Shown piece after piece: positions 54,027 to 64,000 of a stretch of 64,000 nt of DNA (within the stretch, counting starts at the first letter, position 1; the number at the start of each line of letters is the position of its first letter). Origin of the DNA: Lingula anatina (Eukaryota > Animalia > Brachiopoda); assembly GCA_051362555.1 (NCBI GenBank), contig CM120640.1:45672788-45736787 (forward strand), written 5' to 3'. The notes beneath the pieces are model-generated. The model was not told where the DNA came from, did no database searches, and saw only the letters and a program-made list of their open reading frames with translations. A program made the position numbers and the translations under genes.

Positions 54027-56320
54027 TCAAACATCACTGTCCATTATCCTCATCTCCCTCTGATTCCTCTTCGTCCAAATCAGAGATTGGTATCCCAAGC
54101 TTAAGGCAATTTGCAGTTGTAAAGACACTAAGTTTGAACATGTTCTTGTCAAACTTAAATGGTGTTTCAGTAACCTTGACTTTGAAAGTTCTCTGTCTGG
54201 AACATAACTCTGTATGTCCATCTGTTTTAGGGCATTTACCATGGTAATAAGATCAGTTTTTTCATCTCTTTTCTTATGACTGGTTCCTTTCTCTTTTATT
54301 TTCAAAGCTCTGTCAAAGTTGGCCGAAATATCACTGATAACAGGAACTGCCTTTGAGATGGTCACTATGGCATGTTCAGTCTTGTTTGCACCTAAGCCCC
54401 TGATTAGATGTTTTAATACTCCGACTTGATTTTCCTTCTCCATGTCTGCAGCTTTATTCTTACCTTGCTTCTTACCTTTTTGGGTTCACATAAGATGATA
54501 AGCGCACACGCATTGACAGTCTTGGTGAGAACATCACTTCAGTTTTAAGAATATAATCTATGCATTCAACAAAGTACTTCGATAGAGCACTGTGACTATA
54601 AAAGAATGGTATCATCATTTTTAGTATCACATTTGTGCGATAAATGTCTCCTTCTTTGATCATGTCTTTGAAGTTCAGTACAACAATGCCACTGCATAAA
54701 GTTGTGCACATAGTTGTTCAAGTCGTCTGATGGAGACTGCATTACTGTAATGTTGATCACTCCATTTTCAGTTGGCAAGCATACTCTCTAGCCAGTCTTT
54801 GTACAAATGTTCTCTTTGGGAATTGATAAGACATAACTTTTGTTATTTACACATAATGGAAATGAGATGGCATTTCCCTCAATTTTGCTTGTAAGATGCA
54901 CTGTGGTTCCTGTAGGTGAAACCGAAACCTCCAACTCCACTGTCTTAAGATTTATTCCGTCATCCTACATGGAAAAATAGTTAAGAATAAGATTTCTAGT
55001 AATCAATTAATTAAATGGAAATACTAGTAAATCTATAAAATCTTGAAAAAGGCATATATACATCAAGCTGAAAATGAGCTAAACTACAGTTCAGGATCTC
55101 CTCCATTAGAGCATCAAAGATTTCCTCTTTTCGTTTGTTTTGCATATATACTATGTGTTGTTTTTAAGCAAATGATGTTTAGGACTATCCTCTGTGTTTT
55201 CCATTTTGAACAATTTCATGGCAAGAACCAGAAGATACGCCTTCCCTACTAGTAGTACAAAATCTTCATGTGCCTAAAATATATAATAAAATATAAGAAA
55301 TTGAAAGAAAAGATTTAGGATACCTTTGATGTACAATTTTAAGCAATATGGATGCAATGTTAATGCACTGTGCTAATTCCAATATATCCCTTCAACTTTT
55401 TATTGGGTGATATATAACAAATCTATTGAAAAATACCTCTGATTAATGTACATATAAATGAAAGTCCATGACTACACCCTTGCCTTTTACTTAATGCTGA
55501 TGTGATTTCAGAAATTTTAAGGAAAGTTTTCATGAAATTACTACATTTACTAACCTCGAACCTGCTTTTCACTTGACCATTTACATTTGTTCTTTGGATG
55601 AGCAGTTTCATATTTGCTAGAGTTGTAGCATCTTGGCCACATTCTGTTGAAAAAAATCTTTTGAATAACTTCTGAAAAATAAAATACTTTACTTATTTAA
55701 TATCATAATGTTATCAAATGTTACCAAAACATCCTCAATGTTACCATTTAAAATATGCAATATTCAAATTGTTTTCAATCATACATTAAAGTTAAATAGC
55801 TAAATATTTTAATCAAATTAACGGTTCAAAATTAGATTATAGCAATTAACCTCCAGAAAATCCATCAAGGTGTGAAACATTTCCACTATTATTGGATGGA
55901 GATGCCCCAGTCTTTCTGTTTGTGTATAACATCCTCTTCTTAAGTTCTTGGCACACAGAAGAGTTTGGCTAACTGTTAACATATATGTATCTCAAACTGG
56001 CTGAAGCCATAAATCAGTCACATACATTTTATTGGTTTGGTTCTGATTTTTCTTTCGAGAATTTTATTATTTTTTTCATGTATACATGCACACACTGCAG
56101 ATTTACATTGACTATTAGCAGCTGTCTAGTGTCATTGCCAATTGTACTGTATAAGTCAATATCAAGAAAATTACCTAAGAAATCTTCAACTACATCCCGA
56201 TAATGTTCATCTTTTGTCTTCTTTTGGGTGAGAGAGTGCAACCTCCTGGTTGATGAGGCACAGAGTAAACAGGAATTCAATGGGATGAGTTTTTGCGGAA
56301 TTTCTGATTCTATCAATGAT
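54027..56320 (-). pseudogene. Degenerate intron-containing DUF6589-type (Academ/AcademH-like) transposase, C-terminal half plus a Cys-containing N-terminal piece
   Basis: Exons read CAKNLRRGCYTQTERLGHLHPIIVEMFHTLMDFLE | KLFKRFFSTECGQDATTLANMKLLIQRTNVNGQVKSRFE | AHEDFVLLVGKAYLLVLAMKLFKM... | ...FKDMIKEGDIYR...YSHSALSKYFVEC...SYVNPK..AADMEKENQVGVLKHLIRGLGANKTEHAIVTISKA. These give the FH, EGD.R, Y..E, D...E and LGAN motif series of DUF6589 proteins. Frameshifted, and the middle appears deleted. Confidence 0.75.
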
Positions 56321-56534
56321 CAAATGCGCTTCACGTTTGATTATCACATGAGCAAAAACTAATATAGTGTAGCACTGACCATACACATTATACATGAATA
56401 TCTAAGGCATTCCTTTGATTAAAGAGATACTCATTAAGTACTTTTAAAGGCGACATCATGTCCCTTCACTTTGTGACCAGACAGTATTATGGACCTGTCT
56501 GTCCAGTTTTAAAATGCTAGAGATGTGTCATGGC

Positions 56535-57383
56535 AGGTCATTTCTGACCCTGCCCTGTAATTACCAAAATGATCATGAAATCAGTTTTCTCTACCTTTTC
56601 ACTTGCTCTAGGTAAACATGCTGAATCGTACTTCCCAAACTGAAATGTGCTTTGTCGTGATTCTTCACCCGTCTCCTTAATAAAATTGTCTTCCCTCTCA
56701 GCATTTTTAACATCCCCACTAGACATTCTAACATGTAACTGTTCACTATGTCTTTTCCAGATCATTCCATTCACTTTCACCTGGTATGTCAGGGGACCTT
56801 CTATTTCTGTATGATTTCCCCTTTGACCCATTTCTCACTTCCTCTTTAGACTTTAGCATGTACTTTTTCACCCTTTTCAAAGTACTATGTTTTCTTCCTC
56901 TATCATTTGACTCAATTTGCTTGTGAATCTTTTCTTTTACATGCATTTTCCAATTGGGACGCACTCAATCTAAACAATTGCGCAACTGTCTTTTCATGAA
57001 CATAACTGCTGGAGTTTCACCAGTGACTGAATGTGCTGCATTTCTTTAAGCAAACATAAATCTATCTAGCTTGCATTGTGCAGACCCTTTTTCATTTCAT
57101 GATGCACGTAATCCCCGTTTAAGAGATTGAACAAATCTTTCCCCTATAAACCATTGGTACTTGGATGATACGGTGCGCTAAATTTATGGTTAATACCATT
57201 CTCCTTCATGAAATTTTGAAATTCTTCTGATGTGAACTGGCTACCGTTATCAGAAACTAATATCTGTGGTAGACCTGTACGATTAAAAAGAGTGCACAAC
57301 ACTGCTATAGTTCTATCTGAAGTACTTGAGGGCATCGTATGGGCATCGATAACTACCAGATAGGTACGATCTTCAAATGGTCC
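56535..57383 (-). mobile_element. Ty3/Gypsy (K02A2.6/Mag-like) integrase pseudogene fragment
   Basis: GPFEDRTYLVVIDAH/MPSSTSDRTIAVL..GLPQILVSDNGSQFTSEEFQNFMKENGINHKFSAPYHPSTNGL*ERFVQSLK...HSVTGETPA...GPLTYQVKVNGMIWKRHSEQL, with several stops. No LTR, RT or gag seen. Confidence 0.92.
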
Positions 57384-57426
57384 TTTCCCATGACAGAATC
57401 ATCGCAAAAACCTTTGGGTGTCAAAC

Positions 57427-58496
57427 GTTCATTGAAATATTCTGTTACTTGGTTAATTGTCACAATTTGTCAAATTAAATTTTGTGAATCATATCTCACA
57501 ACAAGTACTGTACTCACGGGGAAAACAACAAAAGCATCCTTTCCCATGACAGAATCGACTGCATAAACAAACTTGCACTTAATTATTTGTACTGGAAGGT
57601 ACGTTGCAGGACCCTCCTGTTCAAACAGGGTTATGTGCCACACTTCGACAGTTCTACCAAACATTATTTAATTCTATCTTCAAGGCGTTTAAACCAATTG
57701 GCCTTGGCTATAATATGACGTTTTTCTCTTCCATCAATGATGATGGAATGTTCTAAAAACTTAGGTGTGAGGTCATCATACGTAACAGCAGAATACACCA
57801 ACTGACTTTTGTAGTTAGGTTTTCTAAACTGCAGTGTTACTCCATACCTCTTTTGAAGTTTACCTTCTCCCTTCCCAACCAGTCTCACTGCATGAGCCAC
57901 GGTGGGGTATTGAATTGATGAGTGCTCCAGGTTAATGCCATCATCAGCTGTAAGGGCACTGTTCTCTGTTGAACATTCGGCATATCAAACTTTTCTGGGT
58001 ATTTTCCTTCCTTATGATTCCATTAGATGGGATCTTGGGTCGCAGGTGAATAGCTTATAAGTAGGGACTATCACTTCCCCAGCGAAACTTGTAGGTCGCT
58101 CTTGCAAGTCTCTGTACACTTTATTGAAGAGAATAACGGATACCCACTGGTACATCTCCACTAGCTGGCCAGTCTTCACTGTGTTTGCGAAGTAGTTGAA
58201 AAGCCCACTTTGGTTCAATTTGCCCATCGCAACTTAGTAATTATGGGTATGTTTGCCGTAGCCCACTGGATTTGTGAGACTTTCTCCATTTTCATTTTCT
58301 TTGGTCCACTCCTAATCACCACTGATGTGGTCATTGTCTTTGGTACCATTATATTCCTCATTACTCTCAAAGGTTTCATGATATGTTTGCACTCAGTATT
58401 AACATTTTTATCTTTTAACTTTGGGTATGGAATGTTCATTGATATATTCTGTTACTTGGTCAATTGCCACAATTTGTCAATTTAAATTTTGTGAAT
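57427..58496. repeat. 63-bp direct repeats (57427-57489 and 58434-58496) enclosing the EnSpm-like fragment
   Basis: gttcattga(a/t)atattctgttacttggt(t/c)aattg(t/c)cacaatttgtcaa(a/t)ttaaattttgtgaat, 59/63 identical. Confidence 0.88.
57500..57900 (-). mobile_element. C-terminal fragment of an EnSpm/CACTA(CMC)-like transposase
   Basis: FLEHSIIIDGREKRHIIAKANWFK...FGRTVEVWHITLFEQEGPATYLPVQIIKCKF resembles the C-terminal tail of metazoan CMC-type transposases; interrupted at 57664. Confidence 0.55.
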
Positions 58497-58546
58497 TTTC
58501 AAATTCAAATGATATGTGTCAAAATAATGTTTTTGCCTGTAAACAT

Positions 58547-58635
58547 TAGCAGCAAGCTATATTTTAGGTAGAAGCAGGATGCTTTTCTGGGCCTATCACC
58601 AGACAACAAATAGAGGAAAAGTCAGTTTCTGTACT
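58547..58635. repeat. ~89-bp direct repeat, copy 2
   Basis: tagcagcaagctatattttaggtagaagcaggatgcttttctgggcctatcaccagacaacaaatagaggaaaagtcagttt matches 48119-48207. Confidence 0.9.
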
Positions 58636-58644
58636 ATGTCAAGG

Positions 58645-58647
<3 letters not shown>

Positions 58648-58698
<51 letters not shown>
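58648..58698. repeat. (TA)n microsatellite at the right edge of the transposon island
   Basis: About 25 AT units. Confidence 0.95.
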
Positions 58699-58703
<5 letters not shown>

Positions 58704-59166
58704 TACAGACATCTGCTCATATTTGTTTTATATGCAATACTGTAAATTGATCACAGATATATTTTATTTCAATTTTGCGTTATTATATTTTATTTCAATC
58801 TTGCATTTTTTGCATTAAAATTTCATTAAACAATGAAAATAGATATTTTGTTGTTGTGTGCTTGGCATTCATTTGCATAAAATATAAGGGAGGTGTACTG
58901 ACTGTATTCCATATACATTTGACATTGGCAGCTTTTGGAATCATTTAGCCTCTTCCATTTGAAAGTTCCACATGTCTTAAAGTCAACATACTAAGCTGAT
59001 TTCTTATTCACAGTCAAGATAACACAAATATTGCTTCTGATGGTGCATAGTTTTTAAATGAGCATCTTGGCCTTTATGCTGCATTGTTCACAGCTCATAC
59101 CTCTGAGGAGAATAATATGTACTAAACTTATTGCAGTTATTTCTAAATTTGCCAACAACTCGTTTC

Positions 59167-61490
59167 TCATGTTATGTCCTCCATGGATCCATAAAGCCCC
59201 ATGTTGACTCCCTGATTGATTATGTCTGGCAATGTACCTAACAAAAAACAGAAAGCTTAAATAAACAATCATAGACACAAACTGAATTATTTGTGAATAA
59301 CAAAATTTTATAGATATTGAGACTGATGTCTTTTGGCATATAAATTTAATAATTCTGAATCCATGTATTCTGGGTTTTGGTGACCAATCTCAGAAAACTG
59401 TGAGATAATTTCTAACAAGGAGCTAAATTTAGGATTTTTTTATGTTTACTTCATCCCTCTGCTGTCTTCACCACAAACACTTAAGAAAGGTTAGCCACGT
59501 GTCATAAGTTGTAATTGCGTGGTCTGGCAATATATTATGTACTAACAAAAGCCACCACATCTTGAGTGGAAATGTGCCTAAAAGATCTGTTTGATGAAAA
59601 AAAAACAAAAAAAAACAATATATCAGGTGCAGCAATGTATAGTATGTGAATGTGTTTGGTATTCCTACCTGTTGGAGGATCTTGAAGGAAAGGATCGCTG
59701 GTGAATGCTATAACAGGTTGATGGTTCAACTTCAGTTCCTCATCAAGATTTTCTAAAGACCTAAAAGAAATCATCAAATATCAAATTACTTAGTGACAGT
59801 GAAAACATTCTAAATAAGGAACTATAATTTTATTAGTTTTCATACAGCATGAAAAGACAACTTTTTTAAATTTTGACATGAGGTGTCTAATTTGTAAACT
59901 TCCAAAAATGTATAAACTTTATATCCATGCCAGCAAGTTATGATAATGTGACACACATATCACCATAATCATTAATTTCTTAATTTGTTTTCTCAATATA
60001 ACCTGGATTAACATGTATCACTGACTACCTAATTATCTCTTAGTATACTTAAACTTTATGATTTTCGTTTTCAGAATAAAGGCAAAATTAAACTTAATTT
60101 TCAGAATATAAGAAAACCTATACTTACTCAAAGCTTCCATAGTTATTGTCAGGTAGTTTTACTTGCAAAAATGAGATAACTGATTTAGGAATCTTTTCAT
60201 TGGCTAAAACTCCCTAAAAAATATACACAACATGGTTATCAAATATTAACAATGTCATTAACACCAGAAAATATTTAGAAACTTTTAGAAAACTCGATAT
60301 GCATATATGAACGAAATAAAATCATAATTCATTACCTGGAGATAAGTTTCAAGACCCTGTCTCCTGTGTTCTAGTATTTTATGATTAAATTTCAACACTT
60401 TTTTGGGAGGAAACTCTGGTACTTGTATCTTCTGTTTCTTTAGCTAAAATTTAAACAATAATATATCATAATATATCAAAGATAAGCAATGGTGCTTACA
60501 TATTGTAATACATGATATGCCCCATTCTTTATCTTATATATATATTGTAAAAAAAAAATGGTTTACTATCTGCATGCCATATGACAGCAAACAATACATA
60601 TAAGCAATTCCACAATTTGAGTAAATGCGTATCTCAATGAAAGGAACTCACGCAGGCTTTATTAAAACAAAAGTTTGTAACAGACTTTAAAAGTGGAAAG
60701 TTGCTTTTCCAACAGATTAAAATATGTGAGATGTGGCTCCTAAGAAGATGAATTTACCTTTGACATAATTACTTACTTTTTTGTGGAGCACTTCAAATTC
60801 AGTATATCTTTTTTCAAGTTCATGGAATTTCCCAGCAACACTGATTTCAATACAGAATACCTGAAATAAAATAGACAATATTCCCATGTTATTTTAGTCT
60901 TTTCATTTAAAATGTTACTTATACATAAATATTTTAGCAAAGCTGAAACACCAATATACAAATCTGTCAGAAGCATGAATAAACTGTTGGTGAAACAAAC
61001 CAAGTGAACTTTGCAGAATCAAAATATCAAAAAGGACAACAATTTTCCAATTTGATTTCCTTAGTTTTATCACTTGACGGGAATGTACAACATGAGATGA
61101 ATGAGGTTCTGTTTGGGGAAGATGGAAAAATTTTTAATTTTATTGAAGTTGCATCATCAAAATATGCAATTGAATTTGTAAATAATATAAATTCCCCCTA
61201 GCTTCAATTCGCTGCAATCCATCCATTTACTCATCTACTTGACATACATTCTTCAGATATTCAGTTATATAATGCAAAAACAAGGACACAAACTTAATCC
61301 TGTCATATAATTACTATTAGGAAGTAAACTGTCTGCTATACTCTGTTCAGTGTAACAGTGTTTTAACTGTGAGTATAAGTTATAACGTTACAAATTGCAT
61401 TCCATCAACTCATCTACCACCATGACTTACAGTATAGCTTCCATTTTCGTCTTCAACCTTCTGAAACGAAGGTATAGTTATATGTATCAT
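59167..61490 (-). CDS. SNX24: Sorting nexin 24/22-like PX-domain protein, 6 exons, 166 aa
   Basis: Exons 61431-61490 (MIHITIPSFQKVEDENGSYT), 60777-60860 (VFCIEISVAGKFHELEKRYTEFEVLHKK), 60336-60443 (LKKQKIQVPEFPPKKVLKFNHKILEHRRQGLETYLQ), 60128-60213, 59669-59760 (KLNHQPVIAFTSDPFL) and 59167-59237 (LPDIINQGVNMGLY..*). All are GT-AG and in phase. The PX motifs and C-terminal HQP..F..DP match SNX24/SNX22. Mostly missed by the ORF track. Confidence 0.93.
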
Positions 61491-61663
61491 ATTAAACAAA
61501 ATTATAAGTAAATATTAGGGAGAAAAGGTGCGTAAAAAAACAAGGGGCAATACCAGATGAAATCAACAGGGCGCAGCCATTTTGGACACTCACGTGATAC
61601 GTGCTTCATCCGAAAACGAGGCCTGAATTGGAGATCCTGAGGTTATAAATATTACAAGTAAGT
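61491..61663. promoter_or_regulatory. SNX24 promoter, probably bidirectional, with a possible non-coding first exon of a divergent plus-strand gene
   Basis: CpG-rich patch, YY1-like AAAATGGCTGC (minus, 61573-61583), CACGTG at ~61591, and a plus-strand donor caa|gtaagt at 61658. Confidence 0.55.
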
Positions 61664-63327
61664 GATTAAATGCCTGTCCTAGCGTAATTGTTCAGTTTAG
61701 TAGATGTTTCAGCGTATATTCAAATGCCAAAGAAGGACGTTTATCTGTCCTCATACACCTATAAAGTATTTGAATGGCCCATGAATTATTCAGAGTTCAG
61801 ATGCACCATAACTTAAAAAATGAGTAAATGAAATTATGGAAATGAACTTGCAGAGATATCAGTGCATCATTATCACAGGTAACGATGTTGAATGTTTCAC
61901 TCAGTTGGCAGTCTGATAACATGTGTTTTGTGTCAGTGCTGCATTGTATAGAACTGTTGCTTATTTGTAAACATACAAGTACCTCTGCTTTGATGATTCA
62001 CTTGGTTTTGGCAAAATGTTTCCAACAGCTACGTGAGTGCACGGCCACAACTACACATACTGGCTTTTGTATTCTAATTTTATTGGTTACAGTATATATA
62101 AGGTGTATGTCTTACTCTATATTTTACTCACTGCAGGTAGTCTAAGGCTCTGTGCTAGTCCAGGTGAAAGTTGCTTACTAGTAAGTTATACCTTGCAGAC
62201 TGTTTAAGAGCTAAACACTTCTTTGTTGATATTTTGTGTCATTTTATTATCATTAAATTAGAAAGGCCTTTTTTTTTAAAATAAATTTCAGGAGCATAGT
62301 TGAAATGAAATTGCAATTTTCATCAGGTGCTGTCATTTTAAAGAGACGCCCATTGCATACTGTAGTTGTGCTAAACAAAAGGTAACAGGATCATGACTGT
62401 TTATTGGGAGCTAGACCTTACCTGTGGTAGGTACAATTGTAGCAGATTAAGCCTTCAACTGAGGCAAAGGGGTCAACATGCAAGCAAAGAAGGCCATATA
62501 AAATGTGTACTGTCATTATATTAGAACTCATCTATGTTTACTCGTAGATAATAAGTTTACTATTTCCGTAACTGGGCTCCCAGTACATAACAAAAAAGGG
62601 ATAAAACTCAATTTTACTAAAAAATTGGCCTTATCTTAAAAATAAAAAAAAATTGCCTTCTTCAACTTGTAATAGCTTCCCCAAAGAAATAGGTTTAGTA
62701 AAGTAATAATTAGTAAAGACAAAGAACATTATTGTATATCTTTATATGGCAAGAAAAAAGAAAAAAATGAAGGAAACTTATTGATTTTCCCATAATCGCC
62801 AAGGTATACTTTATCTAAAACTGCTCAGAAAATAAATATCCGTAGAGCCAATTTCTGAGTTCTATATTTTAATTTTGGAAGATGCTTCGAAATTTGTTAG
62901 CTTCCATCTCCATAAGGCCTGCAGAGCTGGCAATTTGTTAAACCTCAATGTGTGACAGGTTTTATTGTGAAAGTGGGGAGGGGGGGAGGTCAGGCACAAT
63001 ATCATGTTCTTGTAATAGAAAGGGAACTACAGCAAAATCCCATGTATACCATTATTGATATGCTTCTTATTACCTACTAATTTGCATGGTAAAGTTTGAA
63101 ATGTGAACAGTATTTAAAAGCCACGTGCTACCCTATATAAAATTTTGTTAAGATTCTAAGGTAGGAATACAATATCAGGTATTAGTTGTAGGCTTTTTGT
63201 ATAAAATGTCATTGTCAAGTTGTCATGATGATATTGCTTATTATTTTCAACAGTAGTTGGTATTAAGAATTCAGTTAGGTTTTTAAGTGGAAGTATCCTT
63301 GTTTAAACTGCCTTAAGGATACTGTAA

Positions 63328-63542
63328 GACTGGATTCCCACAGATTTAGATTGATCCATCTAGATCGACCTAACTCCCAGGGGGTTTACGCTAAATTGCT
63401 GTCAGCTGAACGCGCACAGAAGTTAATTACCCCCTCACAGCTTTTAGTGGGCGGGACAGACATTTAAGCTGGCTAAGTTAACAGTAATCTAGCGATACTC
63501 TCCACGGAGATAGATCGATCTAAAATCTGTGGGAATGCAGTC
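63328..63542. mobile_element. PIF/Harbinger-like MITE, 215 bp
   Basis: ~35-bp TIRs GACTGGATTCCCACAGATTT-AGATTGATCCATCT vs (reverse complement) GACTGCATTCCCACAGATTTTAGATCGATCTATCT. TAA duplication at 63325-27 and 63543-45. Confidence 0.85.
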
Positions 63543-64000
63543 TAAGGGTTTATTATCATCCAGGTACTGAAAATTAGATATTTCCTACCTTTAATTATTC
63601 AATAATACATCTACCTCTGTGCTGATTTAAAACAATAAAAGTAAAATATCAGCTTTTATATTTCTTGTTGATATGTATAAGCATAGGCAACTAAAAGATT
63701 TTATCATCAGTTTAATGTTTTTCCATTTTGAGATGAGCTAGCAATCAGTATAGAGTGTAACGTCATTCCTGAACAAGATTTTAACACGGAAATTGGCACA
63801 GTTGACCACAGGTATATGAGCTTTAATCCTCTGCCATCATTTTGGTTTAAATGTTTTTGTTTTGGAGTTATGAGCCCCTAGTTACATATTTTCATTAAAC
63901 AAAGGCATTATTTTGCTTTATCAATAATGAAATCTGACATAAGTCCTTTATGAAAAATTGCTGGCAGGGTTTTGTAGTACTAAATAGGGCCATCAAATAG

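Noticed and set aside
48119-58635. Interpretation as a single LTR retrotransposon bounded by the direct repeats
   Set aside because: The repeats are short, with no TG..CA ends, PBS, PPT or TSD. The interior is mostly DNA-transposon sequence with no gag or RT.

Overview
AT-rich, intron-rich animal genomic DNA; lophotrochozoan/mollusc-like by repeat content (inference). It holds three spliced genes that I reconstructed exon by exon from GT-AG junctions and phase continuity. (1) A DmX-like/Rabconnectin-3alpha (DMXL1/2) gene on the minus strand, from ATG 42847 through about 37 exons and off the left edge. (2) DTWD2 on the plus strand (43153-46222), head-to-head with DMXL across a 305-bp gap. (3) SNX24/22-like sorting nexin on the minus strand (61490-59167). 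Between the convergent 3' ends of DTWD2 and SNX24 lies a ~12-kb island made of a poly-T minisatellite and degenerate mobile-element fragments: an env/fusion-like ORF, a P-transposase-C-like ORF, two halves of DUF6589/Academ-like transposases, a Gypsy integrase and an EnSpm/CACTA-like C-terminus. All of these are on the minus strand, and most of the island is bracketed by an ~89-bp direct repeat. Several MITEs (Kolobok-, Harbinger- and hAT-like) and microsatellites are also present. The most notable observations are an exact 39-nt swap micro-exon in DMXL, the uni-strand transposon patchwork, and apparent DMXL-DTWD2(-SNX24) microsynteny shared with vertebrates. All family assignments come from recalled motifs, not database searches.
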